Below are positions 36,547 through 45,929 of a stretch of 64,000 nt of DNA, one piece after another. The stretch comes from an uncultured Clostridium sp. Lineage in GTDB: Bacteria > Bacillota > Clostridia > TANB77 > CAG-508. The stretch's first letter is position 1, and each line of letters opens with the position of its first letter. Below the pieces are notes generated by a model that made no database searches, was not told the origin of the DNA, and saw only the letters and a program-made list of their open reading frames with translations. The stretch is taken from NCBI GenBank assembly GCA_964370265.1, contig CAYJIP010000001.1, forward strand, positions 130,828 to 194,827, given 5' to 3'. The translations under genes were made by a program, and so were the position numbers.

Positions 36547-37302
36547 ATGATTAGAGAGAAAATTAAATCAAAAAATAAAATAAAAGGAAGTACAGTTAAA
36601 AAGATAGGAATTGGTGTAATAATCCTAATATTGATAATAGTTCTAGCTATATGTATTTACTTGTTTGATATATATGAAGCAGATGAAGAATCTAAGAGAA
36701 TTTTAGATGAAGGAGAATATATAATACAAGATAAATATATAGAATTAGATGTCGGAAGTGATATGGGAATAATATTTTATCCAGGAGGAAAAGTAGAATA
36801 TGAAGCGTATTTACCAATTTTAAAAAAATTAAGTGATTATGGTATAAATATATATTTGGTTGAAATGCCATTTAATTTAGCAATATTTAATGAAAATGCA
36901 GCAGATGATATAATAAATAACAATCCAGAAATAAGAGAGTGGTACTTAATGGGTCATTCTTTAGGTGGAGTGACAGGTAGTAACTATGCGAAAGATAATG
37001 AAGATAAAATAACAGGATTAATATTGTTAGGATCATATAATTATGCAGAATTTGCAGAAGAAAAGACATTAACAATTTACGGTGAAAATGATTTGTTAAT
37101 GGCACAAGATATTGAATATGATATTAATGTATATGAAATAGAAGGTGGAAATCATGCTCAATTTGGAAATTATGGAATTCAAGATGGTGATGGAGTAGCA
37201 GAAATAACTACAAATGAACAACAAGATATTGCTATTTCAATAATTTTAGAGTTTATAGGAAAAACTGAAAGTATAGTAGAAAGTGAACAGATGGTATATT
37301 AA
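36547..37302 (+). CDS. Membrane-anchored alpha/beta hydrolase
   Basis: 251 aa with an N-terminal TM (IGIGVIILILIIVLAICIYLF), the nucleophile elbow GHSLGG and a C-terminal His (GGNHAQF). Confidence 0.65.
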   Translation: MIREKIKSKNKIKGSTVKKIGIGVIILILIIVLAICIYLFDIYEADEESKRILDEGEYIIQDKYIELDVGSDMGIIFYPGGKVEYEAYLPILKKLSDYGINIYLVEMPFNLAIFNENAADDIINNNPEIREWYLMGHSLGGVTGSNYAKDNEDKITGLILLGSYNYAEFAEEKTLTIYGENDLLMAQDIEYDINVYEIEGGNHAQFGNYGIQDGDGVAEITTNEQQDIAISIILEFIGKTESIVESEQMVY

Positions 37303-37324
37303 AAATATATCATTTGTTTTTTTG
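37287..37324 (+). terminator. Intrinsic terminator overlapping the hydrolase stop codon
   Basis: acagatggtatat taaaa atatatcatttgt (13 bp including two G-U pairs) followed by tttttt. Confidence 0.5.
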
Positions 37325-37388
37325 ATTCTCTATGATATAATAAGACTAAAAAATGAAGTGAATACAATTAATAAAATGAAATGGAGAG

Positions 37389-38705
37389 ATGAATAATATT
37401 AGTGATATGGAAGAAAAAGAATCAATAAATTTAAAAGAATTAGATGACAAAAAAACAAACAAAAAAAACATATGGAAGAATATCGTAATTATACTATTAG
37501 TAGTAAGTCTTATAATTAGTACATATATGTTTGTATCCCCAGTTATATTAACGAGAATTTCTAAAGCAGAAGAAGTAACAAATACAGAGTTAGATATGTT
37601 ATTTTCTACGGATTATGAATATATTAGAGAAAGATTTTTAAAATATGCTACTGAAATAGATAGAAAAAACGTAAGTATAGAATCATATCCTATTAATGAG
37701 CAGGATGGATTGTATATTGATTCAATAATGATCGATGCTGATGAAAAAAAAGAAAATTTAATTGTTATTACTACAGGAGTGCATGGAATAGAAGGATATG
37801 TAGGTGCAGCTATGATTGATGAATTTATGAAAAATACATTACCAACATTAAATGCTAATACAACTGGAGTGAAAATAATTTCAAATGTAAATCCTTATGG
37901 GGTGAAATACGGAAGAAGATATAACGAAAATAATGTAGACTTGAATAGAAACTTTATATACAATTGGGAAGAATATAATTTGGATTCAAATACAGAATAT
38001 CCTAAAGTACATGAATTATTTGAAAAAGATACACCGATTGGAAATATTGGGATGCACGAACTTCAATTTTTAGGAGATTTGGCAATAAATGCTGTAACAG
38101 AAGGTGTCGATACAATTACTAATGCCTTATTAACAGGGCAATATAGATATCCTAGTGGAGTATATTATGGTGGTAATGGAGATGAAAAATCAACCGAATA
38201 TTTAAAAACTGAATTTGATGAAATTATTTTATCAGGATATGAAAATATCATATATATAGATATACATACAGGTTATGGCGATAGAGAGAATATGACTATT
38301 TTTAATACTGTCGATGATATGAGGACAGAAGCAGAAACAATAGAAGATTTTGGATATGAAACAGTTTTGGCATACGATTCTGAAGAATATTATGCAACAG
38401 AAGGAGATACAACAGAATATTTTATGAAAAGAAGTGGTGAAATAGCGCCAGAAGTGAATACTTTTGCAACTTGCTTTGAATTTGGAACTTTAGGAGATGA
38501 CTTATTTGCATCTATATTATCATTAAAATATACGGTAGATGAAAATAGAAATTATTTTTATCCTACTGAAGTAGAAGAAACTGAAATAATATTAAGTCAA
38601 AGATATTTAGAAATGTTTGCACCAACAGAAGAAACGTGGAGAGAAAAAGCGATACAAGATTTTAACACAGCAACAGAAGGTGTATTAGCTAATAAGTTGT
38701 ATTGA
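37389..38705 (+). CDS. M14-like zinc carboxypeptidase family protein (DUF2817-type), membrane-anchored
   Basis: 438 aa with an N-terminal TM. GVHGIEGY (HxxE), NPYG and NNVDLNRNF. Confidence 0.6.
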   Translation: MNNISDMEEKESINLKELDDKKTNKKNIWKNIVIILLVVSLIISTYMFVSPVILTRISKAEEVTNTELDMLFSTDYEYIRERFLKYATEIDRKNVSIESYPINEQDGLYIDSIMIDADEKKENLIVITTGVHGIEGYVGAAMIDEFMKNTLPTLNANTTGVKIISNVNPYGVKYGRRYNENNVDLNRNFIYNWEEYNLDSNTEYPKVHELFEKDTPIGNIGMHELQFLGDLAINAVTEGVDTITNALLTGQYRYPSGVYYGGNGDEKSTEYLKTEFDEIILSGYENIIYIDIHTGYGDRENMTIFNTVDDMRTEAETIEDFGYETVLAYDSEEYYATEGDTTEYFMKRSGEIAPEVNTFATCFEFGTLGDDLFASILSLKYTVDENRNYFYPTEVEETEIILSQRYLEMFAPTEETWREKAIQDFNTATEGVLANKLY

Positions 38706-38749
38706 CAAAGTAATAGTTAGAGTTATATAGTTTTATTCCATGAAAAGTA

Positions 38750-38778
38750 TTGAAAAATCGCATAAAATATTATATAAT
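38750..38778 (+). promoter_or_regulatory. Near-consensus sigma-A promoter
   Basis: TTGAAA (38750-38755), 17 nt, TATAAT (38773-38778). A second extended -10 (tgttataat) lies at about 38853. Confidence 0.55.
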
Positions 38779-38880
38779 CTTCAAGAAAAGTAAAAAAAAA
38801 TATATATTCGACAAAATTCGACAAAAGAAAATATGTAAATTTGTTATAATATTTTTAAGCTTAATAAAGGAGATGATCTT

Positions 38881-39081
38881 ATGGATGCAAAAACAATTGA
38901 AATTAATAAAAGAACAGTTGAATATTTGGAAAAAACAAAGAAAAAAATGAATAATTATGAAGTTGAAAGAAAAACACTAAATCAATATTATGAAAAACAT
39001 ATAAAAGAAAGCTCAGAAAAAATTTTAGAAGAATGGGAATGTTATTTAAATAAAATTGAAAGCCAGTTAGTTTCTGAATAA
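38881..39081 (+). CDS. Small helical hypothetical protein (66 aa)
   Basis: RBS aaaggag, K/E-rich helical sequence and a hairpin (gtttctgaa taaaaata ttcagaaac) spanning the stop codon. Confidence 0.45.
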   Translation: MDAKTIEINKRTVEYLEKTKKKMNNYEVERKTLNQYYEKHIKESSEKILEEWECYLNKIESQLVSE

Positions 39082-39100
39082 AAATATTCAGAAACTAACA

Positions 39101-39196
39101 AAAAAATTAAAAATGTAAAAAATTAAAAATGTAAAAAATTAAAAATGTAAAAAATTAAAAATGTAAAAAATTAAAAATGTAAAGAATTAAAAAAAT
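39101..39196. repeat. 16-bp tandem repeat, 5 perfect copies plus 1 degenerate
   Basis: aaaaaattaaaaatgt at 39101, 39117, 39133, 39149 and 39165. The degenerate sixth copy runs into the terminator stem. Confidence 0.9.
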
Positions 39197-39224
39197 GGTT
39201 ATTATAGAATAACCATTTTTTTTG
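39189..39224. terminator. Bidirectional intrinsic terminator overlapping the tmcAL stop
   Basis: aaaaatggttat tataga ataaccattttt: 12-bp perfect stem with an A-run and a T-run. Confidence 0.75.
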
Positions 39225-40437
39225 TGTAATCTAAATTGTTCCAAGAATCGTATTGATAACCAATAGTATATACATTTGTTGCAAATATATCTTTTTCGAA
39301 CATTGTTTTAAGTGATTTATTTTGAGTCGAATCCATAAATTTTTTCACTGATGTTATAATTTCTAATTTAGGGTTTGCTTTAACTGCTTCAGATATTAGG
39401 AATTTACCTCTATTATTAAATCCTAAAACTCTAACATACGGTTGAGTTATTTTTTTTGAAAGCTCTATATCTTTTTTTGTAATGCCAAGTAATGCATAAA
39501 CCATAATTCTTTGAATTCGAGTATTTGTATATCTTTTGCTTTTAATTATATTTAAAAATTCAACTAAGCTATTACATGAATTAGCAGTATTTTTTATAGC
39601 ATACTCTAAACCTTCAGATACATCAGGTAAATCTGCTATTTCTTCAACACTCATTTTCCTTAAAAGATATATAATCTGTTTGTCAAAAACAGAGATATCA
39701 GGAATTATATGCCCGTTTCTCATATTAGTAATTATAGAAGAATATGTTGGTTCTGGTAATAAATTCCTTAAGATATCGAATCCATTGTTTTTAATTATAT
39801 TTCTAATTGCTGTTGCACTTGCAATATTTTCAGTAGGGTCTAAATCGTGATATCCAACATTATATCTTTTAATAATATTTGGTTGAATATTAGATTTATG
39901 TTTTTTTAAAGCTTTTAAATATTCAATTCCTAAAATATTATTAGGTGATGATAGTATATTTTCTGTATTATTTGGAATATTTAAATAAGTAGATAGTGCA
40001 TTTTCTCTAGCTTTCGGAAAAGAGAGTCCTTTATCTAATTCACTAGTTAAAATTGTTTTATATTTTTTTGGTTCTTTAGATAAAATTTCAGAATATTTAT
40101 TTAGTGTTTGTAAATCATTTGTTTCGGCACCAAAAGAAATGTAGTCTACAACTTTTAGTGATTCTAATATTTTGATAGCACCATCAGCGAAATTTTCAGC
40201 ACTTGAAATAGAGTATAGTAAAGGTAACTCAATAACTAAATCTACACCTGATTTTATAGCTGCTTCAGCTCTAGACCATTTATCTAAAAGAGCAGTATTA
40301 CCTCTTTGTGTAAAATTACCACTCATTATGGCTACAGTATATGTTGCACCAGTATCTTTTTTTGATTGTAAAAGATGATATAAATGACCATTGTGAAATG
40401 GATTATATTCAGCAATTATTCCTAAAACTTTTCCCAT
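39202..40437 (-). CDS. tmcAL: tRNA(Met) cytidine acetate ligase TmcAL (YlbM/UPF0348 nucleotidyltransferase)
   Basis: MGKVLGIIAEYNPFHNGHLYHL (HxGH class). Start set at MGKV after RBS aaagg (the ORF track extends to 40485). Confidence 0.8.
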   Translation of the reverse strand: MGKVLGIIAEYNPFHNGHLYHLLQSKKDTGATYTVAIMSGNFTQRGNTALLDKWSRAEAAIKSGVDLVIELPLLYSISSAENFADGAIKILESLKVVDYISFGAETNDLQTLNKYSEILSKEPKKYKTILTSELDKGLSFPKARENALSTYLNIPNNTENILSSPNNILGIEYLKALKKHKSNIQPNIIKRYNVGYHDLDPTENIASATAIRNIIKNNGFDILRNLLPEPTYSSIITNMRNGHIIPDISVFDKQIIYLLRKMSVEEIADLPDVSEGLEYAIKNTANSCNSLVEFLNIIKSKRYTNTRIQRIMVYALLGITKKDIELSKKITQPYVRVLGFNNRGKFLISEAVKANPKLEIITSVKKFMDSTQNKSLKTMFEKDIFATNVYTIGYQYDSWNNLDYTKKMVIL

Positions 40438-40521
40438 AAAAAACCTTTCTTGTTTATTTTTAAATTTATGATATAATAATAGCATAAATTTAGCTAAAAT
40501 TCAATTGAAAGGTGAATATAA

Positions 40522-40956
40522 ATGGAAAAAATACAAATTTATACAGATGGAGCTTGTTCAGGAAATCCAGGACCAGGAGGTTGGGGAGCACTTCTTATGT
40601 TTAAAGGGAATAAAAAAGAGATATCTGGATATAAAGAAAATACAACAAATAATATCATGGAGTTAACAGCAGTTATTGAAGGAATAAAAATATTGAAATA
40701 TCCATGTGATATTCAACTATATAGTGATAGTGCATATGTTGTAAATGCATTTAAGCAAAAATGGATAGATTCTTGGGTTAAAAATAATTGGAGAACAGCA
40801 TCAAAAGAACCAGTAAAAAATCAAGAATTGTGGAAAGAATTATATGAATTGACAAAAATTCATAACATAGAATTTATAAAAGTAAAAGGGCATAGTGATA
40901 ATGAATTTAATAATAGATGTGATGAACTAGCAAGAAATGCAATCGTAAAACATTAA
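40522..40956 (+). CDS. rnhA: Ribonuclease HI
   Basis: 144 aa. [39 protein letters not shown] and NNRCDELA. Confidence 0.92.
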   Translation: MEKIQIYTDGACSGNPGPGGWGALLMFKGNKKEISGYKENTTNNIMELTAVIEGIKILKYPCDIQLYSDSAYVVNAFKQKWIDSWVKNNWRTASKEPVKNQELWKELYELTKIHNIEFIKVKGHSDNEFNNRCDELARNAIVKH

Positions 40957-41047
40957 TATTACAATTGTATTACATAATACAAAAACATTGCATAATATAT
41001 GATTTTAAAATATAATTAAGTTGAATTTTTAATAAAAGGAGATTAGG

Positions 41048-41923
41048 ATGGAAACATTTGCAAGTTATGTTTTTAATGAAAAAGAATTAGCTGAAAAAAT
41101 GGAAGTTATATATTATTTATCAAAAAAAGTAAATATATTTTTTGACAAATCTATAATTTTTAGAGCAGAAATAGCAAGACTATTTTTGGAATATCTACAA
41201 GAAGATGGACTTGATAAAGAATTAGTATTAACAGCAGTATTGTTATGTAATTGTAAAAAAGTAGATAATGCACAGAATTTAAACAAAGTTCATAGATATG
41301 CAATTGAGGGATCTATATTCTTAAAGACTTTAGGGTTTGAAGATAGATTTTGTAAAATATGTGAAGAAGTTAATAGATATAGTGGAAGTAATCCTAGAGA
41401 AAAAGAAAGTGATATACTAGAATTGATAGATCAATTTGGAGGTATGTTATTAGACAGGCCGGAAAGACAAGGATTTGGTGCTGATGAAGCGATGGTTTTA
41501 TTAGAACATAGAAACTTAAAAACATACAAAAATAATTATCTTGATAAATTCAAAAAGTTTGTAGTTGAAATTGAAAAACTAGAAATAGTAGAGAGAACTA
41601 GTATGTCAGTTTTAAGAAGATTGGCTAAACTATATAACCAATGTGATAATTTACCAGTATTTATGAGAAGTGTAATTGAAGATTTTCAACCAAAGGTTAA
41701 TGGTTTAATGGATCAAACATTTAAAATTGTTGAAAAGAAAAAAAGTATACCTGTAAAAGAGGTTATTGATGTTCAAATTGAAAAAGAGAAAAAAGTAAAG
41801 CAAAAAAATGAAAAAATAGAAGATGTGTTGTTGAATTCAAATAAAACAATGTTTAGCAAAGAAACAACATTAAAAGTATTGAAAAAAATAGAAAATAGAA
41901 GAATAGAAATGGAAACAGAATAG
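41048..41923 (+). CDS. Hypothetical protein, possibly a degenerate HD-like helical domain plus a K/E-rich tail
   Basis: 291 aa. The helical N-terminal domain has LLCNCKK where HD proteins carry LLHDIGK. Gap to the EndoQ gene is 8 nt. Confidence 0.4.
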   Translation: METFASYVFNEKELAEKMEVIYYLSKKVNIFFDKSIIFRAEIARLFLEYLQEDGLDKELVLTAVLLCNCKKVDNAQNLNKVHRYAIEGSIFLKTLGFEDRFCKICEEVNRYSGSNPREKESDILELIDQFGGMLLDRPERQGFGADEAMVLLEHRNLKTYKNNYLDKFKKFVVEIEKLEIVERTSMSVLRRLAKLYNQCDNLPVFMRSVIEDFQPKVNGLMDQTFKIVEKKKSIPVKEVIDVQIEKEKKVKQKNEKIEDVLLNSNKTMFSKETTLKVLKKIENRRIEMETE

Positions 41924-41931
41924 GGGTTAAA

Positions 41932-43155
41932 ATGTACGAGATATTTGCAGATTTACATGTACACATAGGAAGAAGTGAAAGTGGAAAACCAATAAAAATA
42001 ACAGCATCTAGATCATTAAATTTTGCAAATATTGCAAGAGAATGTGAAGAGAGAAAAGGAATAAATGTAGTAGGCATAATTGATTGTGCCTCTCCTTATG
42101 TTATAGAGGATATAGAAAAATTCTTAGAAACAGGAGATGCATATGAATTAGAAGATGGTGGAATAATATATAAAGATAAAGTATGTATATTATTAGGTAG
42201 TGAAGTTGAAACAACAGAAGTATCAAGAAGTAAAAAATCCGGAAGTGCACATAATATATGTTTTTTTCCACACTTAAAAGATATAAAAGCATTTTCGAAA
42301 AGAATGTCGAATCATATTAATAATATAACATTAAGTACACAAAGAGCAAACATATCTGGATATCAGTTAATTGATATAGTAGAAGAATATAATGGAATAT
42401 TAATTCCAGCGCATATATTTACACCACATAAAAGTTATTATGGTAATTGTGTAGATAGATTAAAAGATATATTTAAAGAAAAATTTGATAAAATACACAC
42501 AGTGGAATTAGGGTTAAGCTCTGATACTTTTTTAGCAGATACTATAAAAGAATTGGAAGAAAAAACATTTTTAACTAATTCAGATTCTCACTCATTACCG
42601 AAAATTGGTAGAGAATATAATAAAATGTTAGTTAATGATATTTCATTTGTAGAGATTGTTAAAGCATTAAAAAATGAGGATGGAAGAAAAATAATTGCAA
42701 ATTATGGTTTAGATCCTAATTTAGGAAAATATCATAGAACATTTTGTGACGATTGTGAACAAACAATTAGTACACTAGAACCGGTAGAAAAATGTCCATA
42801 TTGTGAAAGTAAAAGTGTTACTTTTGGAGTTTTTGATAGAATTGAATTAATTAGTGATAGATTAGAGACTAAAAGTCCTAAACATAGACCACCATACATA
42901 TATCAAGTTCCTTTAGGATTTATTCCAGGAGTAGGAGGAAGAACAATAACAAAATTATTGGATAATTTCGAAACAGAAATGAATATAATCCATAAATTAT
43001 CTTATGATGACATAGAATCTGTAGCAGGAAAAAAAGTTGCTGAAAATATAATTAGTGCTAGAAATGGTGATTGTACAGTTGAATCTGGTGGTGGAGGAAA
43101 TTATGGAAAAATTTCTGCCAAAAAGACAAACAAAAAAGTTGCTAGTAAAAAATAG
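41932..43155 (+). CDS. Endonuclease Q homolog (PHP-domain, TIGR00375-type)
   Basis: 407 aa. ADLHVHIGRS, IPAHIFTPHKSYYG, ELGLSSDT and LTNSDSHSLPKIGREYN parallel Pyrococcus EndoQ. Zn-finger CDDC...CPYC. Confidence 0.75.
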   Translation: MYEIFADLHVHIGRSESGKPIKITASRSLNFANIARECEERKGINVVGIIDCASPYVIEDIEKFLETGDAYELEDGGIIYKDKVCILLGSEVETTEVSRSKKSGSAHNICFFPHLKDIKAFSKRMSNHINNITLSTQRANISGYQLIDIVEEYNGILIPAHIFTPHKSYYGNCVDRLKDIFKEKFDKIHTVELGLSSDTFLADTIKELEEKTFLTNSDSHSLPKIGREYNKMLVNDISFVEIVKALKNEDGRKIIANYGLDPNLGKYHRTFCDDCEQTISTLEPVEKCPYCESKSVTFGVFDRIELISDRLETKSPKHRPPYIYQVPLGFIPGVGGRTITKLLDNFETEMNIIHKLSYDDIESVAGKKVAENIISARNGDCTVESGGGGNYGKISAKKTNKKVASKK

Positions 43156-43244
43156 ATAAAAATAAAGAGTGAACATATTAAGTTCTAAAAATTGAGTTAT
43201 AGAATAAAGATTAAGTATTAATATAAACAATTAAGGAGAATAGT

Positions 43245-43883
43245 ATGTTAAGAAACAAAAGATTTAAAATTTTTGAAAATATAAAGAACCATATACAAAT
43301 AAATTTAAGAGAATATTTAACAGTTTTTTTAATTTTTGTAGTTGGTATATTTATAGGCGTATTATATATCAATAATATATCAGAACAAGAAAAACAGGAA
43401 ATTATTATATATTTTCAACAATTTATATCAAATTTCAAAAATGTTGAAACTTTAAATTTACTAGAGTTATTAAAAAGTAGTATAGTACAAAATGTATTTA
43501 TAGCAATAGTGATTTGGTTTTTTGGAACAACCGTAATAGGTATACCAGTAGTTTTCTTAACGATACTATATCGAGGTTTTTGCTTAGGGTATACTATATC
43601 TACTATAATAACAGTGTTTGGTGCAGGTCAAGGCTCTATTTTTGTTTTTAGTATGTTAGTTATTCAGAATATATTATTTATACCAGCAATACTTGGAATT
43701 GGAGTATCAAGTATAAGACTGTATAAATCAATAATTAAAGATAGAAAAGTAGAGAATATAAAATTTGAAATAATAAAACATACAATTTTTTCAATAATAA
43801 TGTTGATTATTATTTTAGTATCATCATTATTAGAAGTATTTGTATCAAATAATTTATTCAAAATGATAGTTAATTATTTTTAG
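43245..43883 (+). CDS. spoIIM: Stage II sporulation protein M
   Basis: 212 aa with about 5 TM segments. Size, topology and position immediately upstream of xerD match B. subtilis spoIIM-(fur)-ripX. Confidence 0.65.
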   Translation: MLRNKRFKIFENIKNHIQINLREYLTVFLIFVVGIFIGVLYINNISEQEKQEIIIYFQQFISNFKNVETLNLLELLKSSIVQNVFIAIVIWFFGTTVIGIPVVFLTILYRGFCLGYTISTIITVFGAGQGSIFVFSMLVIQNILFIPAILGIGVSSIRLYKSIIKDRKVENIKFEIIKHTIFSIIMLIIILVSSLLEVFVSNNLFKMIVNYF

Positions 43884-43940
43884 TGAATAATTATTTTTGA
43901 AAATATAAATATAGAATAAATAACTAATAATTAATTGAAA

Positions 43941-43985
43941 AAAAAATATATATAAAGAAAAAATATATAAAGAAAAAATATTAAA
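43941..43985. repeat. 15-bp A-rich tandem repeat (about 2.5 copies)
   Basis: tatataaagaaaaaa repeated, within a ~130-bp A-rich spacer upstream of xerD. Confidence 0.6.
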
Positions 43986-44157
43986 AAGATGAAAAAATAT
44001 AATACAAAAAAATGATAAGAAATATAAAAGAAAGAATATAAAAATATAATTATTTTTGCAAATACTATTTACAATTTATTGATTGTTTGATATAACATAG
44101 CAAGAAACGAAAGTTTATGTAAATGAATTATTTTTATATTATAAGGAGTAGGTATAA

Positions 44158-45039
44158 ATGGAAAGACAATTAAAATACTTTTTTGATTTTTTAGAAAATA
44201 ATAAAAAATTATCAGAAAATACTTTACAATCGTACAAAAGAGATTTAAAACAATTTAAAAAATACATAGAGGCATGTGAAGTTCCTTATAATAGAGTGAA
44301 GGAAGATGATATAAATGATTATATTAGAGAATTACAAGAAGAAGGAAAAAAACCATCAAGTATTTCAAGATGTATAGCATCAATAAGATCATTTTATCAA
44401 TTTGCGGTTAAACGTAAAAAATTAAAAGTAGATCCAACAAGCAAAGTTCAATCACCTAAAATAGAAAAAAGAAAACCACTAATATTAACTGCTAAAGAAG
44501 TAGAGTTATTATTAAACCAACCAAAAGATGTGGATTTAAAAGGTGTTAGAGATAAAGCAATGTTAGAATTTGCATATGCGACAGGAATGAGAGTAACTGA
44601 AATAATATCATTAGATATGAAAAATGTGAACTTAGAAGAAGGTTACGTTGTTTGTGACAATGTAGATAAAAAGCGTAATATACCATTAGGAACAATATCA
44701 TTAAATGCATTAAAAGATTATGTTACAGAAGCAAGAGACGTATTATTAAAATCAGAGGAAGAAGAAGCACTATTTGTTAATGTTAATGGTTCAAGATTAA
44801 CTAGACAAGGTTTCTGGAAAATAATAAAATACTATAAACAACAAGCAAACATTGAAACAGATATAACACCACATGTATTAAGACATTCATTTGCAACACA
44901 TTTATTACAAAATGGTGCAGACTTAAAAGCTATCCAAACAATGTTAGGTCATTCAGACATTTCATCAACACAAGTATATATGCAATTTCAAGATGAAAGT
45001 TTAAAAGATGTATATAAAAGTGCTCATCCAAGAGCTTAA
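44158..45039 (+). CDS. xerD: Tyrosine recombinase XerD
   Basis: 293 aa. N-terminal SAM-like domain, RDKAMLEFAYATGMRVTE and HVLRHSFATHLLQNGADLKAIQTMLGHSDISSTQVY. Confidence 0.85.
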   Translation: MERQLKYFFDFLENNKKLSENTLQSYKRDLKQFKKYIEACEVPYNRVKEDDINDYIRELQEEGKKPSSISRCIASIRSFYQFAVKRKKLKVDPTSKVQSPKIEKRKPLILTAKEVELLLNQPKDVDLKGVRDKAMLEFAYATGMRVTEIISLDMKNVNLEEGYVVCDNVDKKRNIPLGTISLNALKDYVTEARDVLLKSEEEEALFVNVNGSRLTRQGFWKIIKYYKQQANIETDITPHVLRHSFATHLLQNGADLKAIQTMLGHSDISSTQVYMQFQDESLKDVYKSAHPRA

Positions 45040-45258
45040 GTAAAAATAAAATAAACTGAAAAAATATTTAATAATATAAGAGTATAATTGAGGTAGAAAA
45101 CGATAAGAGTTTCTATCTCTTTTAATGTTAAAAATATATAAAATAAATATAGTAAGAAATATAATCGAAACATAAGAAGTTTTGTAGAATGTATATAAAT
45201 TTTAATTTGTATATTGTAAAATATTAATAATTTAAAAATTAATTTTTTAATCAATATA

Positions 45259-45294
45259 AAAGTTTGATCTAAAGTTTGGTCTAAAGTTTCAATT
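45259..45294. repeat. 12-bp tandem repeat x3
   Basis: aaagtttgatct aaagtttggtct aaagtttcaatt. Confidence 0.7.
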
Positions 45295-45455
45295 CTTAAA
45301 AATTCAAAAACAAAACATTTTTTCGTGAAAATGATTAAGTTTCATTAGAAATATAGACAGATATAAATAAAAAATATATAATAGAAGGGTATATATTTAT
45401 TGTAAATAAGGATATATACAAATATTAAAAAATAATATGTAAAAAGGAAATGAGT

Positions 45456-45929
45456 ATGAAAAAGAAGGTATTATTTATTTCGAGCACTGGTGGACATCTA
45501 AGTGAGCTTATGTCATTATCATCACTGTTTGAAAAATATGACTATCATATTATAACTGAAAGAGATAAAGCAAATATAACTTTAAAAGATAAATATAAAG
45601 ATAAAATAGATTTCTTACCATATGGGACAAGAGCAAAACTTTTAGTATATTTGGTTAAATATATATATTTATGTTTTGAAACTATATATTTATATTTTAA
45701 AGTGAAACCTAAATATATAGTTACAACAGGAACACATACAGCTGGGCCAATGTGTATTTTAGGGAAAATATTTGGTGCTAAAATTATATATATAGAAACA
45801 TTTGCAAATACAAATAAGAAAACAGCAACAGGAAAGATAATATATAAATTTGCAGATTTATTTATTGTACAATGGGAAGAAATGTTAAAAGAATACCCTA
45901 AAGCTGTATATGGAGGTTCGATTTATTAA
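45456..45929 (+). CDS. Alg14-like glycosyltransferase membrane/acceptor subunit (PssD/Cps14F family)
   Basis: MKKKVLFISSTGGHLSELMSL is typical of Alg14-like proteins. Start chosen at the second ATG for RBS spacing. Confidence 0.65.
   Translation: MKKKVLFISSTGGHLSELMSLSSLFEKYDYHIITERDKANITLKDKYKDKIDFLPYGTRAKLLVYLVKYIYLCFETIYLYFKVKPKYIVTTGTHTAGPMCILGKIFGAKIIYIETFANTNKKTATGKIIYKFADLFIVQWEEMLKEYPKAVYGGSIY

Noticed and set aside
35320-38705. Genomic island integrated at the tmRNA 3' end.
   Set aside because: There is no integrase or recombinase, no visible duplication of the tmRNA 3' terminus, and the genes look like ordinary hydrolases and peptidases with the same composition as the surroundings.
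32680-38705. Mirror-like arrangement M14 peptidase - HD hydrolase - tmRNA - HD hydrolase - (alpha/beta hydrolase) - M14-like peptidase, suggesting an inverted duplication around ssrA.
   Set aside because: The two HD proteins (YfbR-like versus generic HD) and the two peptidases (LysM/PG-binding M14 versus DUF2817-type) belong to different subfamilies. They show no evident pairwise similarity, so this is probably coincidence.
38750-38950. 66-aa + strand ORF overlapping the start of the 38881 ORF.
   Set aside because: It starts at the -35 element of the predicted promoter, has no RBS and is K/I-rich. The 38881 frame has the RBS and a terminator.
39101-39196. Possible CRISPR array (regularly spaced repeats). 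The same question was asked of 30229-30294 and 52883-52945.
   Set aside because: The units are 9-22 bp and directly abutting with no unique spacers. No cas genes are in the window. These are simple tandem repeats.
43156-43244. Sigma-E-type promoter upstream of spoIIM (ACATATT ... ATAGAAT).
   Set aside because: The spacing did not fit the consensus as I remember it, and I could not verify that consensus. It is too uncertain to report.
45183-45204. dif-like sequence (tgtagaatgtatataaatttta) downstream of xerD.
   Set aside because: Only the left half resembles the Firmicute dif consensus (TAGAAT.TATAT). The XerD-arm TTATGTAAACT is absent. A TTATGTAAA match at ~44120 lacks the left arm.
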